A stretch of 57,581 nucleotides of DNA from an uncultured virus (IMG/VR IMGVR_UViG_3300010233_000001) (IMGVR_UViG_3300010233_000001); one strand, 5' to 3'. Shown: positions 21,452 through 33,069, numbered from the stretch's first letter. The notes: generated by a model not told the origin, from the sequence alone. Program-made: numbers and translations.

Positions 21452-21799
21452 TTATAATACGAGCCCCTGCCATTCAGTATTAGAAACTGAATAGTATACA
21501 GATTTTACACCTCTTGATTTGATCATAGAATGACAAGTGCTGCATGGTTTTGCCATAGCAAGAGACCCATCACGCTTTACTCTAGCTACATAAAGCGTAC
21601 ATCCATAACCGGCTTTACGCAAAACTCTAGCCTCAGCATGAGCCGATGGATAAGTATCCGATGGATTAATGATATATCCATTACGAGAACTAACAATAAC
21701 CCCATCACTTCTAATAGCTACGGCTCCAACAAAGGCCTTCCTATGTCTATCAGTTGATAGATCAGCCACTTCTGACGCTAGTTGAATATAAGACAGCAT
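21452..21799 (-). CDS. Zn-dependent nucleoside/nucleotide deaminase (CMP/dCMP/TadA-like fold)
   Basis: AHAEARVL..LYVAR..AKPCSTC..VYYS. Confidence 0.85.
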   Translation of the reverse strand: MLSYIQLASEVADLSTDRHRKAFVGAVAIRSDGVIVSSRNGYIINPSDTYPSAHAEARVLRKAGYGCTLYVARVKRDGSLAMAKPCSTCHSMIKSRGVKSVYYSVSNTEWQGLVL

Positions 21800-23235
21800 G
21801 CTTATTCTTTTGTTTTAGTATGCTGGTTACGATAATATACCAGCCGTTCATCGTTCATAATAGCTGGATGATTCCACCACAACCATCCAATAATGTTACG
21901 ACCTTCATGCCAAGAATTTTTCCAGAATTCTATAGAGACTTTGAGCTTCTTAATCTCTTTGCGACTTTTGAGTAGCTCCGTCCTCTCACACTTAGCTAAG
22001 TTATGAATAGCTGGAGTCTCTTCAAGATACTCGCCACATAGATTACAAACTTGTTTTGAAGCCATGATAGCTTTAGTTTATTTCAGCCTGGTTTCGAACT
22101 TCTTTTTGAGTTGAAGATATAGTTGATATTCTTTTTCTTCTAGTCGATCTATCTTGTCAGAGTAATCCTTCCATTCGTGTGGAAGTTTACTAATCCGGCC
22201 ATACTGAAAAAATATGGCCTGAGTTGCGAGCAGATCAGCAACCTGATATTGCTGGCTCAATTTAGCTTTATTACTATCTTCGAAAACTAATTCAATGATC
22301 TTATCAAGTTTAGATTCGATATTAACTGTAGTAACTGTGCTTACGACATTTTTACCAGACATTGATTCTTGTTTCGTTAGGTGCAGTCCACGACATTCGC
22401 ATTCGGCAACCTGGCAAATAAAGTATTCTTGGTCTGGTGAGGACTTCCAATGCTCGAAATATTCATGAGGACAATCTGGACATTTAGGCATCTTAGTTCA
22501 TCTTATTGAAATTGGGTGTTAAAAAGTCTTTGAGAGACTCTTGAACAAATTCATCGAAGGTCCAACCGGCATCCTCGACAAACTTTGCAATCATCTCGCA
22601 ATGTTCTTCAATGGCTTGGTTATTCTTAGAGTCAATGGGAATTGAGTACAGCACTTCCAACTGAAGTGCTAATATTCCATATGGAATTTTCTTCACGATC
22701 GCTCGATTCTTCGATATCTCTCAATCTTTTTGTCGAGATAGTTGTTCATGGCACGAGTCGCCACTTCATACAAGTCTTCTTCAGCACGAGCTTTTCTATT
22801 AAAAAAATACAGGGTGTCAATCCGATCTGTCTCTTCGGCATTGAGGCCCCGCAATTCATCAATCATCCAGTTGCTAATAACGAAGTTGTCTTTGACTTGC
22901 TGGTCACACTTCCAGTTGATAGGTTGGCCCACTGCCAGCTTCTGATAATAGATATCGTACTTGATAATTAGCTTAGCACGAATGCTATCGGCCGTATACC
23001 TATTCTTTTGTTTGGGGCGAATAACTCCATCAAAGTTTGATGGCGCAGATTTGCTACGTTCAGGAACAGGCCTGCCCGCCTTGTCTTCACTAGCTCCAGG
23101 ACCATAGAACAATCCGCACTCTTTACAAGCGAGGCATTGTTTTTTGCAAGTTTTGAATTGAATAAATGGTTTGAGATCTGAGCACTTTGCGCACAGACCT
23201 TCTTTTTTCGCTCTGGCATTGTGTTCGCAAAACAT

Positions 23236-23610
23236 TTAGCTTTCTCTTTTGTCAAACCAGTTAGCGTCACAAGCTTCTACGCGAGCATCTACATGGAAAT
23301 GTTGTGAGTAAATGCGTCTACCTTTAAAGATAAAGTGCTCACTAGCGACATGCATCTGAGAGCGGGTAACACACAACCAGCAAGTCTCCACTACCTCTGA
23401 TACTGTCATGAAAGGGCTGATGTAATATTTGCGAGTAGACTGTAGCATCGGTTTAGAATTTGACTTCTCTACGTCAGCTTCGTAGTATTGCATTTGAAGA
23501 AGAAAGCCATCTCCCTTCTCCAAGACTCGGAATGTTCGGTCTTTAAATTTGACCAGACCTACAATATTTTCAATCTGTTCACGAGTCAATTTAGTTTGAG
23601 GCATAATCAT
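23236..23610 (-). CDS. Hypothetical phage protein
   Basis: 124-aa ORF; RKYYIS..SEVVET..H..SEHF. Confidence 0.6.
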   Translation of the reverse strand: MIMPQTKLTREQIENIVGLVKFKDRTFRVLEKGDGFLLQMQYYEADVEKSNSKPMLQSTRKYYISPFMTVSEVVETCWLCVTRSQMHVASEHFIFKGRRIYSQHFHVDARVEACDANWFDKRES

Positions 23611-23939
23611 TTTCCTTTGAAGACTATGGCTATTCTGGCTTTGGCTCGTTGAGCTGTCCTCAACAGTTTATTCCATAAACAATCTTTGCGGTGTGGATGC
23701 TGTTGACAGAAAGCGCAATTACGATACCACCTCATTATTCACTTTGTTCTTTACACCTGATAACGCATCGCCTGTATTGATTAGATACATATAATTCACA
23801 CTGTGGAATACCATTACATTCTTTGTATGGCCTAGTATATGTGGCATTACAAGTATCTTGACAAATTTTCTCATCCCGGGCTACCGGCTTAGAGGCGATA
23901 GAAAGGCAACCCAGAATTAGAAAGATAAAGGTCTTCATA

Positions 23940-24491
23940 TTACTCCTCAGGAGGAAGTAGAGACAATCCCTGAACTACAATCCGGTCAACTTGACCAGGA
24001 GTAATTTTAAACTGGCGAAATTTCCCAGCTGGCGTCAGATGGCGTAACTTATCTTTGGCAATTGTCAAGGGTCTATGATTGACCTTCTGGTAAAAACCAG
24101 GCAATAGAATCTTCTTGAATACAACTAAGCCATATAGGTGAAGAACGCCCGTAGCTAGATGTAGCTTGACTCCCTTAATAATCTTATCATCATTTCCAAT
24201 GAAATGAGTATAAGCATCATCTCTCTCTTCCATGGGAATGGCTTCCATATTGAGAAGAGATTTTTGGAAAGAGGCGACTAGTTCCTCACGAGCCTGCTTT
24301 TCAAGCTCCTTAGTAAGTGTCAAAGTCTGTAGTTTTTCAATGCTACGTTCCAGTGCAGATTTATAAGACATGTGAAATGCAATACTATAGTCTGCTACTT
24401 CACTATGCTCGTTGCGATATCCATGAATGGTCAAAAAAGTAGAGGAGGGCTTGAGCTTCTCTAGCTCGTTCAGAAATTGATCTGTATTCAT
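23940..24491 (-). CDS. Hypothetical protein
   Basis: 183-aa ORF, preceded by an ACCCATTCA motif. Confidence 0.65.
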   Translation of the reverse strand: MNTDQFLNELEKLKPSSTFLTIHGYRNEHSEVADYSIAFHMSYKSALERSIEKLQTLTLTKELEKQAREELVASFQKSLLNMEAIPMEERDDAYTHFIGNDDKIIKGVKLHLATGVLHLYGLVVFKKILLPGFYQKVNHRPLTIAKDKLRHLTPAGKFRQFKITPGQVDRIVVQGLSLLPPEE

Positions 24492-24957
24492 TTTGAAGGT
24501 TTCTCGTTGTTCGTGAATGGGTCGCCGTTATTACGGTGTGACTGTAACTCTAAGCTTCTTTTTTGCTAGAGCCGTATAGATTACGTCTGCGGCCTCTGCA
24601 TACGTTATGAATCGTGTTCTATATTCAGTAGATTGTTCTTTATTAAGAACTAATATATAAAAACAATCATCATTTGGATTAAGTTCTTGTAGCTTTTTCC
24701 AAACCGATTCCCAATCATAACTTAAAAGATCAGGCATGAATTCTATCCATGTATATTATTTGTACGACCAAGTGCCTATTGTGTTTCCATTAACATCTTT
24801 AACCTTGGTAGAGATACCTTTCATAATTACTACATTAGGAACTTGTTTAGCAATGGCTGTCAAAGCATCTACAATATGCTGTGGCAATTTCATTGATTCG
24901 TTTCCAAGATCTAGCTCAATCACAAATTTGTTGGCAGCCATTATTTTTCTATCTATA

Positions 24958-25557
24958 TTATCGGCCGCAAGATCCAGAACACTGGCTCACGCAGGTCTTA
25001 TATTCACACTCGCACTTATCCTTACACGACCGATCGTCACAGCCAGTACACTGAGCTTCACAGCAATATAGGCGCTCAAGACAATCCTGCACGCAATCAT
25101 CTGCATCAGCAGCGTCATGAGATGCATCCTTGATTGTTCCAGAGTCCTCCGTATGAGTTGAAGAGTCTACAGATTCACTAGCATCTTCGGGAGGAATAGT
25201 AGCGTCTGTCAGATTTCCGCCGTCAGTATTACCTCCTGAAGAAGATCCGCTAGAAGCGCCGGAAGATGAACCACTGGAAGTACTTCCAGAGCTAGAACCT
25301 GAACCAGAGCTTCCAGAAGAGCCACTAGAAGAACTGGAACTTCCACTACTAGAAGATCCAGAACTAGAGCCAGACGAACTACCAGATGAGCCAGAACTAG
25401 AGCCGCTGTCTTGAACAGGTGTGGCATCTAGACCAGCATCATCTGTTGGTACGGGATTAATTTGGCTATTATCCGAAAAGTCAACGACTTGTGATGTGCA
25501 AGCGCCAATCATAACCAAAGAGATCGTGACGATGCTTAGTGAGTGAAGAGATTTCAT
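24958..25557 (-). CDS. Ser/Gly-rich lipoprotein with Cys-rich C-terminus (myxobacterial style)
   Basis: IGAC lipobox; DAG/DSG/DGG motifs; long SSG tract; multi-Cys tail. Confidence 0.75.
   Translation of the reverse strand: MKSLHSLSIVTISLVMIGACTSQVVDFSDNSQINPVPTDDAGLDATPVQDSGSSSGSSGSSSGSSSGSSSSGSSSSSSGSSGSSGSGSSSGSTSSGSSSGASSGSSSGGNTDGGNLTDATIPPEDASESVDSSTHTEDSGTIKDASHDAADADDCVQDCLERLYCCEAQCTGCDDRSCKDKCECEYKTCVSQCSGSCGR
25225..25405 (-). repeat. Low-complexity Ser/Gly codon tract
   Basis: Repeated TCT/AGT/GGC/GGT codons encoding SSG/SGSS. Confidence 0.7.
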
Positions 25558-26636
25558 TGCCTTACGACAACCTTTCCGGTGACTGTCACTGAGAGAATAA
25601 ATTCCACTCGACGATCTTCAACCTTGTTAAGGCCAGTCGAAGCTGTAGTTCCGAATCCCTTAGCGGTTAGTAGAGCACGAGTGACTCCATTGGAGACCAA
25701 GTATTCCACTACCGCAGCCGCTCGCTGAACAGAGAGCAACTGATTATGCTTTTCTGCCCAAGGATGATTCTCGGAAGAGGCGTGTCCATCCACCTCGATA
25801 GAATCTACTGTAGTATTAGGGTGCGTGCTGGTATCATTAAGATAGGCAGATAGCTTATCAAGTTGAGATTTGGCGTCGTCATGAAGAACAGCCGAGTCGA
25901 AGTCGAATTGAACACGATAGTCCAGCGTTCCTTCACGATGAATAACAAAGGGGACCTCTTGAACCTTAATTCTCTTCTCTTCAACCTTAGGAACAGAAGC
26001 GATTGGCAATGGATTTACTGTAGGAGTCGAAGCGACAACCGCCTTCTTTCCGGTAAAGTTAAATTCCAATTCCAAACCGAACGATAGAATGCTGGCGTCG
26101 GTATGGTTTAGTCCAGAGTTACCACCCCACTGGGTGCCATCTACCACTTCTGTCCATCGAAGGTATGGGCCAAGCCAGAAGTGACGGGCACTATCCATCG
26201 GAGCAGACAGGCCAGCTCCAACCGAATAGCCAAAACGATTCAGATTACCTGTCCTAATGTACTGAGCATCAGCATCAATCCATGGAGAAGTAGCAGCCCA
26301 AATAGTATTATCAGGAGCGCTATGAGATCGCTTGAGTCGGGCGCCAGCACCAAAAGCCCATAGACCAGAGACGCCAGTGGCAGAATATTGTCGATTAGGA
26401 GCAAACTGCTCTGTCATAACTGACGGTGCCACATCAAACCACGGAGTCAGATCGAAGGTAAGTTTCAGTGCACCAGCTCCACCAGGACCAAATCGAGTGT
26501 CTTGAGGCTCATTGAAATCAAGAGCGGCTCCTGTATCGACTCTAACTGAAGTGGGTTCAGAAGTTTGAGCCTCAACAGAAGTAGTTGCCAAGACGAGCGA
26601 GCTGATAATTGAAAGAAGAAAAGATACACGCTTCAT
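25554..26636 (-). CDS. OmpA-family outer membrane protein
   Basis: Signal peptide, beta-barrel-like N-terminal region, VQFDFDSAVL..IEVDGHAS..NQLLSVQRAAAVVEYLV..GFG..DRRVEF. Confidence 0.9.
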   Translation of the reverse strand: MKRVSFLLSIISSLVLATTSVEAQTSEPTSVRVDTGAALDFNEPQDTRFGPGGAGALKLTFDLTPWFDVAPSVMTEQFAPNRQYSATGVSGLWAFGAGARLKRSHSAPDNTIWAATSPWIDADAQYIRTGNLNRFGYSVGAGLSAPMDSARHFWLGPYLRWTEVVDGTQWGGNSGLNHTDASILSFGLELEFNFTGKKAVVASTPTVNPLPIASVPKVEEKRIKVQEVPFVIHREGTLDYRVQFDFDSAVLHDDAKSQLDKLSAYLNDTSTHPNTTVDSIEVDGHASSENHPWAEKHNQLLSVQRAAAVVEYLVSNGVTRALLTAKGFGTTASTGLNKVEDRRVEFILSVTVTGKVVVRQ

Positions 26637-26901
26637 TTTTAAATTTCCTTGTATAAAATTGGTAGCATCTTGAACGATGAGGAGGATGCAATCTCCCTTA
26701 TTTTTCAGAAGCTCCAGTTGTTGAGCCCTTCATGGTATTATAGAAAGCGGCCAGTAATACCGTACCAAAATACCAAAACCAAATAGATCCTAGTGGAAGA
26801 GTTGGCGCCATTCCATGTACAGACCATCTCGCCATGAAGGCCACCCCAAAGTAGAAGGTTAGAGATGCTGCCAGCGAAATAAAATTAGTCATGGTTTAGT
26901 T

Positions 26902-27462
26902 TTAATGAAGGTGGAGAAATCCATTGATATTGAGCATCTCTCCCATTTTTTCTTCAGTACAAGAAAAAACTTTGGGAAATCTATTATAGGTACAACCTTT
27001 TTTAGAATTACAGATGGTACACATAACTTGCAGATTTTCCAAAGTAGTCGGCCCACCCAATGATCTTGGAAGGATATGATCTTTTGTCATCATGACCAAA
27101 CCATCTACTGATAGCTTCTTCCATTCTTTAATAGGTTCACCTACATGATATAGATTCAGGTGTGCAACTTCTTTGGGCCGATGAGCTTGTAACATCCATA
27201 CGCTACCAACTCGATTACAAGATACACATTTGGGATTTTGTCGGAATAATTGCATCCGAATGCTTGATATCTTGACACTGAATGTTTCGTTAGGAGTTTT
27301 CAAATCAATGTAATTATCACCGCGCTTTTCGTAACGCCTGCTAAAAGGCGAACTAATCAAATCTAGAAGTTCTTTGTAAAACCAGAAACCGTAGGTAATC
27401 ATTTTCGATGGTAAGTTCGCTTGATCCAACGTAGTAATTGTTTTGGATAAATGTGAATCCAA
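26902..27462 (-). CDS. HNH endonuclease
   Basis: CVSC..HLNLY..MTKDHILPRSLGG..NLQVMCTICNSKKG. Confidence 0.85.
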   Translation of the reverse strand: MDSHLSKTITTLDQANLPSKMITYGFWFYKELLDLISSPFSRRYEKRGDNYIDLKTPNETFSVKISSIRMQLFRQNPKCVSCNRVGSVWMLQAHRPKEVAHLNLYHVGEPIKEWKKLSVDGLVMMTKDHILPRSLGGPTTLENLQVMCTICNSKKGCTYNRFPKVFSCTEEKMGEMLNINGFLHLH

Positions 27463-28413
27463 TGTGTAATCGCCCCCGACCAGAAACGCAAGTGAATGGG
27501 TCCAATGCGGGCGTGCTCTTCTTGTCGTGAACGTTGGAAGTTACAATACTTTTGATATTGTATGGCAACTTCCAGTTCATTGAAAACACCATCTTGATCT
27601 GGAAAATAAATCTTCTTTAAGGTTCGACCGGAATTTATAATTCTAATAGCTTCGAGCCTTGTCATTGAGATTAAGACTTGCGCTGTCCGGCGTTATCGTC
27701 CAACTTGGTAGAAAGATCCTTACGGGTCTCAGTAATAGCTTCCTTAATCTTAGTAACCTTCTGAATAAGTCCCGGATCTTTGGTTTGAGTGGCTGACTTT
27801 TCAGCCTGTTTGAGACTGTATTCGGCATCACCCAGATGTTGATTGGTATTCTCGCCTGCCTGCTTCGTTTGCTCACTCATGTTTTAGTTACTCCTAATTT
27901 GGTATGATTTTGGTAATGGTACTGGTACTGATTATTTAGTGTTGGAGTTTTATCATTGCTAAACTCCACTGCTTCTAGAATTTTGCGGATCTCTTTAGCC
28001 TTGTCTCGACGTGTCTCTTCAATAACTTTACTGCTACCAATACCTAAAAGATTTCCATTGATTTTGAAAGTGACATTTACGTAAAGCTCATCATTGGTAA
28101 AATTAACGACCATTACCGAAACGTCTGTGGGTTTCATTTAGAATCGATCTCCTGTTGTACGCCCTATGACATCTAAAAACTTTATGAATCATCACTTTCT
28201 GGAAAGTGATCCAGTAAGTTTTTGCGCAGCTTACGGATTCGATATTTCTCCATTTCGGCTGCGTTAATTATGGCGTCAAGCTGTTCCATACGGCGCTCTA
28301 GAAGAACTATCGTTGTAAACGCCACAGACTTCTCAGCTTCTGGAGAATATTCTGTAATAGCTTTTACAACAATAGGTCGTAATTTGTTATGGGTAAAGGC
28401 CATACTATATCCA

Positions 28414-29130
28414 TTATTGTCCGAGGAGACCTCGGAATCCTGAGTTGAGACCAGGTTTGGCGTTGAGTCCAGAGCCAGCCTGCTTGCCAAGATTATAGGC
28501 ATCACGGTTGACAGGGTGTTTATGACGCACACTGCGCATCTCAGGATGGTAAACCTTCATCCAATCAGCAGCATCATCTGCATGCTTATAGATGATTGCC
28601 AGTGCAGCGGGATTGGCTTGTGCCTGTACTTCCTGCTTGACCTTTTTGAGAGACTGCACAATGGCGTGGACAGCTCCTAAGTAGAAGGAGTTGTACCAGT
28701 GTTTCCCCGAACCTCGTTGAAGGTTGTTAGGTGCCAGTATTTGTGCTAGTCGTGTAATCTCCAGGTGGAAGAAGGCAAACTGATACCGCATGGTGCTTAT
28801 ATCAGAGGGCCGACCAACGGCATAGTAACCGAGGTTATTGCCGTTGGACTTGAGAAAACCTTGACAGTCATAGGCTTCTGACAAACCAGTCAGCAGAATG
28901 TTCTGCCAAACGTTCTGTCGTTGTCCCCAATCAGTCAGAGGGGTACCATCTTCGTGGACTTGTTCTTGACTGCCGTTGGCAATCTCAAACTCAGCCTCAT
29001 CGAGAGAGTTCTTCTGAATGATGTTCTCAGCCAGACTAGCAGCAGTCTCCGCCTCTTCTAGTGTAGAAGCAGAGTTCCCCGCCAATGCTCTGAGAGCTTG
29101 CACCTTCTTGATTAGATCTTCACGATTCAT
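28414..29130 (-). CDS. DUF2786-like domain protein
   Basis: IKKVQALRALA..EEAETAASLAENII..NSFYLGAV..AYNLGKQAG. Confidence 0.75.
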   Translation of the reverse strand: MNREDLIKKVQALRALAGNSASTLEEAETAASLAENIIQKNSLDEAEFEIANGSQEQVHEDGTPLTDWGQRQNVWQNILLTGLSEAYDCQGFLKSNGNNLGYYAVGRPSDISTMRYQFAFFHLEITRLAQILAPNNLQRGSGKHWYNSFYLGAVHAIVQSLKKVKQEVQAQANPAALAIIYKHADDAADWMKVYHPEMRSVRHKHPVNRDAYNLGKQAGSGLNAKPGLNSGFRGLLGQ

Positions 29131-30033
29131 TACTAAGGTTGCCCTTCCAGCTAAAAACTATTCTTACAGTCCAAACAATGAGTGTAAGATATGTTTGCCA
29201 AAACATATTCTTTCTTGGGTCTTTATATTGAGTGCCCGTTGATCCATAAGATGTTGTAAGTCGTAAACCATAATCACGACTAGATCCACCGTAGGGGCGT
29301 CCAACTAACTCAATACCTATGTGAACATTATGTATTCTAAAGTTCACTTTCTACATCCTATAGATTTAATTGGCTGCCCGTTTAGATATTTTATAGCCAA
29401 TTAGTTTATTGCCATATTCGAAATGAAAGGGATAAAATATTTCATTTTCACCCTTACCCCACAATCTACCCGTCAAATCTGAAAAAAGGAACGCCGGCTC
29501 TTTCAAGAGCAGCATTTTAACAATCTTCATGGTAAAATTGTAGTTTTCATCTAGCATTCGACACTCTTCTGAATATAGATCAATCCACCTATCAATTTTA
29601 ATTTTAGACTGCTTATCAAGTTCCGAGGGTGAAGGGAAGTTCATGACCTAACCAGCGAATAGCGTCCCTTAGATTCAGCCACTACGCCAGTAGCAATCAG
29701 ACTAGAAAGCACACGTTCGATGCAGTCCACAGAGTGAAGCGAAGACTCTTTACAATCCTTTAGTGTAAGCGGACGTCCTGCCCCCAAAAGAGCATGTCTA
29801 ACATTGCTATTAGCCAACTCGAAGTCACGCTTAGCAAAAGCATTATAAGCTTCTGGGGTAGGATTCCATTCGTCTGCCTCCAGATCATCTGGATCCTTTT
29901 GCTGAGGATCGTAGTACGAGTTAGTTTGGACGGTAGGATACTGGTATTCACGCTTGTTATAATTAGCCATATTATTTTCCCTTTAAATGCAAAGATGGAT
30001 ATATTAAGTTTTCACTATAGTAACATCAGTAAT

Positions 30034-30516
30034 TCACTGGTATTGTTGGTTATCCCATCCGTTACTATAAAACCAAACTGAACGCTCACCCCATTCCTCT
30101 TCCCATGACTTTCGTTCTACGATGTTAAGAGCAAAGTCATAAGCTACAGTGTGACCCCGATAGATACCTACCTGCCGTCCCTCGATTTTATCAGCCCATC
30201 TATCTTTATGCCTAATATTATTAGAAATTTCTCGTTCTACGAAAACCATAATCTGGCAACCATTTGGAAGCATTCGACATGGGGCCAACATATACCCTTT
30301 AGAAGTAGGTTGACTTTTATACTTATGCCAGGCAGTAGCCTCCGTTCGATTGTCAAGGATGCCATCTTTATTAAGAGGAACCTTGATGACAAACTTGCCG
30401 CGTTGATAGACAGAGCGAAAACTACCGCTCCCTATGCGAACGAATCCAGCAGATTGGATATGCTGAATGAATGAATTATAGTCTACATCACCACCCATGT
30501 ACCCGGTGCCACTCAT
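30034..30516 (-). CDS. Minimal kinase-like protein, paralog of 10980..11414
   Basis: IGSGSFRSVYQRGKFVIKVP..DNRTEA..LAPCRML..QVGIY..VAYDFA. Confidence 0.6.
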   Translation of the reverse strand: MSGTGYMGGDVDYNSFIQHIQSAGFVRIGSGSFRSVYQRGKFVIKVPLNKDGILDNRTEATAWHKYKSQPTSKGYMLAPCRMLPNGCQIMVFVEREISNNIRHKDRWADKIEGRQVGIYRGHTVAYDFALNIVERKSWEEEWGERSVWFYSNGWDNQQYQ

Positions 30517-30519
30517 ACT

Positions 30520-30996
30520 TTATGATCTTTCTAGGCCAGAAGGTGTTACTTCAACCAAACCTACACCGTCAGGAAGCGTCCAGTTACGTCCATGACTTTC
30601 AGCATACATAAGCATGCCGACACATACCGCTTTAGGAACTTCAGTTCTAATAGTCCTGACGATACGATCAACTGTACCGCCAGTAGTAATAAAGTCATCG
30701 ACAATCAAATACTTTTCGGTACTCATATTGCCTTCACACAGAGTGATCTTTTTAGAAGAAGCCCAATAGCTATGAAAGTGGGAACCATCTGTGGGCTTAC
30801 GAACGCAAATGAGATGGACGCCGAGCCGGTGAGAGAGTAGAAAGGCCATGGCCGCGCCACTCATCCCACAAAAAGCGATGGTATCGAATTTATACTTCTT
30901 ATGAAGCTCTTCTGCAACAGTTACTGTTTTATTGACTGTCTTTTGGAAGACATCTACTTCATAAACGCTCCTCAAATAGACCGATTGAATCGCCAT
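30520..30996 (-). CDS. Type I phosphoribosyltransferase
   Basis: PRPP-binding loop YLIVDDFITTGGT; VRK. Confidence 0.85.
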   Translation of the reverse strand: MAIQSVYLRSVYEVDVFQKTVNKTVTVAEELHKKYKFDTIAFCGMSGAAMAFLLSHRLGVHLICVRKPTDGSHFHSYWASSKKITLCEGNMSTEKYLIVDDFITTGGTVDRIVRTIRTEVPKAVCVGMLMYAESHGRNWTLPDGVGLVEVTPSGLERS

Positions 30997-31023
30997 AACA
31001 CATCCTTAGATAGGCAAGGAATA

Positions 31024-31395
31024 TTATTCCAATGGTTTGATTGAGTAGGTTATACCCGCTTGAAATGGACTTGGTGATAGGGTGACTTCAATGCTTCGAA
31101 CGCGACACTTAGGATTATCTTTGCGAATAAGAGTGGCTATCTTTTTGGCACATGCCATAGTCAATTTTTCGCAAGACATACGAGTCCACTTGATATTCTT
31201 GAAGAAATCGTCTACCCCAACTTGCTCGAAGAGAAAACCTCGATCATCAAGGTCTGTCTCGCATACACATTTGACAGTGTACTTGACTGGGAGTTGCTGG
31301 TTGGTCATGGTGCCACAATGGCTATCACCCAACGTCAGAATCTTGAATTCACCCTGCCGATTGAGAGTAAGAGTCCTGTCCAGTTTCGGAGCCAT
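31024..31395 (-). CDS. Divergent T-fold protein (QueD/PTPS-like)
   Basis: DSHCG..YTVKC..LDDRGFLF..SCEKL..SIEVTL; lacks the canonical HGH. Confidence 0.45.
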   Translation of the reverse strand: MAPKLDRTLTLNRQGEFKILTLGDSHCGTMTNQQLPVKYTVKCVCETDLDDRGFLFEQVGVDDFFKNIKWTRMSCEKLTMACAKKIATLIRKDNPKCRVRSIEVTLSPSPFQAGITYSIKPLE

Positions 31396-31455
31396 TCTAA
31401 ACCTTCCCCTATGATTCCATCCAGTTTATTGTCCGGGTGTGATATATGATCATGT

Positions 31456-32121
31456 ATGACATATCATATCTACATGATCACAAACAGCAAAAATTCCAAA
31501 GTGTATGTCGGTCAGACGACTAGAACACTTAAGAAAAGACTCTTACAGCATAAGAATGCTGCGAAGAATAAATTTAAAACTGGATGCATAAAATTTCAGA
31601 ATGCCATGCGTAAGCACGGCATAGATAATTTTACTATCGTGGAACTCATGCAAACAGAAAGTAAGAAATGTGCGAATGAATTAGAGGATTATTATATCCT
31701 CGAATATAATTCAATCGATTTCGGTTATAACCTCAAGCGTGGTGGTGCTTATGGTTCTTTCTCTAAAGAAAGTAGAGAGAAGATGTCTAAAAACAATGCG
31801 CGCTATTGGCTAGGAAAAACTGGTAAAGATTTTCCATTGACTGGAATACCTTTGTCAGCAGAACATCGTCAAAAGATATCTGATGCCAACAAGGGAAAAA
31901 ATCTAGGCATTCCTTTATCCAAAGAAACGAAAAAGAAATTGTCAAAAATACAGACAGGGTCTGGTAATGGCAACTCTAAATTATCCATTGAACAGGTTCG
32001 CGATATTAGGTTTCGCCTCGAAAAAGGCGAGAAGAAAAAAGACATTGCCGCTATTTATGAAGTGGTGCCAGAAACCATATATGCCATAGCCTCTGGTAGA
32101 AAATGGGCTAATGTTCTATAA
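31456..32121 (+). CDS. GIY-YIG homing endonuclease
   Basis: HIYMITNSKNSKVYVGQT; GYNLKRGG; LSAEHRQKISDANKG (NUMOD3-like); C-terminal HTH. Confidence 0.9.
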   Translation: MTYHIYMITNSKNSKVYVGQTTRTLKKRLLQHKNAAKNKFKTGCIKFQNAMRKHGIDNFTIVELMQTESKKCANELEDYYILEYNSIDFGYNLKRGGAYGSFSKESREKMSKNNARYWLGKTGKDFPLTGIPLSAEHRQKISDANKGKNLGIPLSKETKKKLSKIQTGSGNGNSKLSIEQVRDIRFRLEKGEKKKDIAAIYEVVPETIYAIASGRKWANVL

Positions 32122-32126
32122 CCTAA

Positions 32127-32714
32127 TTACGGGGACCAAAACTTGTTCCATAGCTTGGGAAGGACCTCAGCCAAGAAACGACGAATGCCCATGGTGTAAC
32201 CATACTTGGCCAACCCACGACCACCTTGCTCGGGTTGTCCCATGCGAAAGGTAGTGCCAAGACCATCTACATATCTATTTGCCATGGAGAAGAAGGAGGT
32301 GACCAGCACGGTATCGTGGATCTCTTGGTCGGTAGCCCCTTGAATCTTGGCAGCCTCGATTGCGAAAGGTAGATCCTCCCTGTTCAACTCTTGAACATGG
32401 GCGGCCACTACCAGCAAGGCGCGGAGCTTCATGGATAGAGCTTCTGTATCACATTCATCCAAGACCTGGTCCACGAGATCGTTGCCCAAGTAGTGCTTGG
32501 CGCAAGCAGCGTGAGAGGCATAGCAAAAGTGGCAATCGTTCATTTTGCTAACGAATGCTCCGACGAGTTCACGCTCCCCAATGGAGAGCCCTCGCTTCCG
32601 ACGCATGATGGTTTGTCCCATGGCCGTTAGGCGCGAGGCAACTTCACGATCATATATGAAGAGTTGAACGATACCATTAAAGTCCCGGTCAAGAGCGATG
32701 TAAGGCTTCTCCAT
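32127..32714 (-). CDS. AhpD/carboxymuconolactone decarboxylase-family peroxidase
   Basis: LSIGERELVGAFVSKMNDCHFCYASH..MANRYVDGLG. Confidence 0.88.
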   Translation of the reverse strand: MEKPYIALDRDFNGIVQLFIYDREVASRLTAMGQTIMRRKRGLSIGERELVGAFVSKMNDCHFCYASHAACAKHYLGNDLVDQVLDECDTEALSMKLRALLVVAAHVQELNREDLPFAIEAAKIQGATDQEIHDTVLVTSFFSMANRYVDGLGTTFRMGQPEQGGRGLAKYGYTMGIRRFLAEVLPKLWNKFWSP

Positions 32715-32721
32715 GAGAACT

Positions 32722-33069
32722 TTACAGATTCAGAAGTCCGTCTGTCCCACCGGAATCATCCGTAGGAAGAAGAGCGGACTGAGGAGTGGGTGGGAGGAAC
32801 TTGGCACGAAGACTGGCTAGATGCTCGGCCAGTGCGCCAGGATCCTTGGGAGCCTCCTTGCCAGTCAAGGTCAGCAGGAACTTGTCACGCTCACCAGCAT
32901 CGGCAGGAAGGGGCTTGCCCATCTTGCGCCAGGCGTAGACACGCACGTGGTAGTTGCTATGCTTGGTGAACCTCTCCGGGTCAGCACCAGCGGCCAGCAT
33001 CCTGATGGCCTGCATACGGGTGTAGAGCTTTTCGGTCTTGGTTTTGCGAGGCGTCTCGTTCTTGGACAT
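32722..33069 (-). CDS. Hypothetical protein
   Basis: 115-aa ORF with GGAG upstream and an ACCCATTCA motif. Confidence 0.6.
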   Translation of the reverse strand: MSKNETPRKTKTEKLYTRMQAIRMLAAGADPERFTKHSNYHVRVYAWRKMGKPLPADAGERDKFLLTLTGKEAPKDPGALAEHLASLRAKFLPPTPQSALLPTDDSGGTDGLLNL

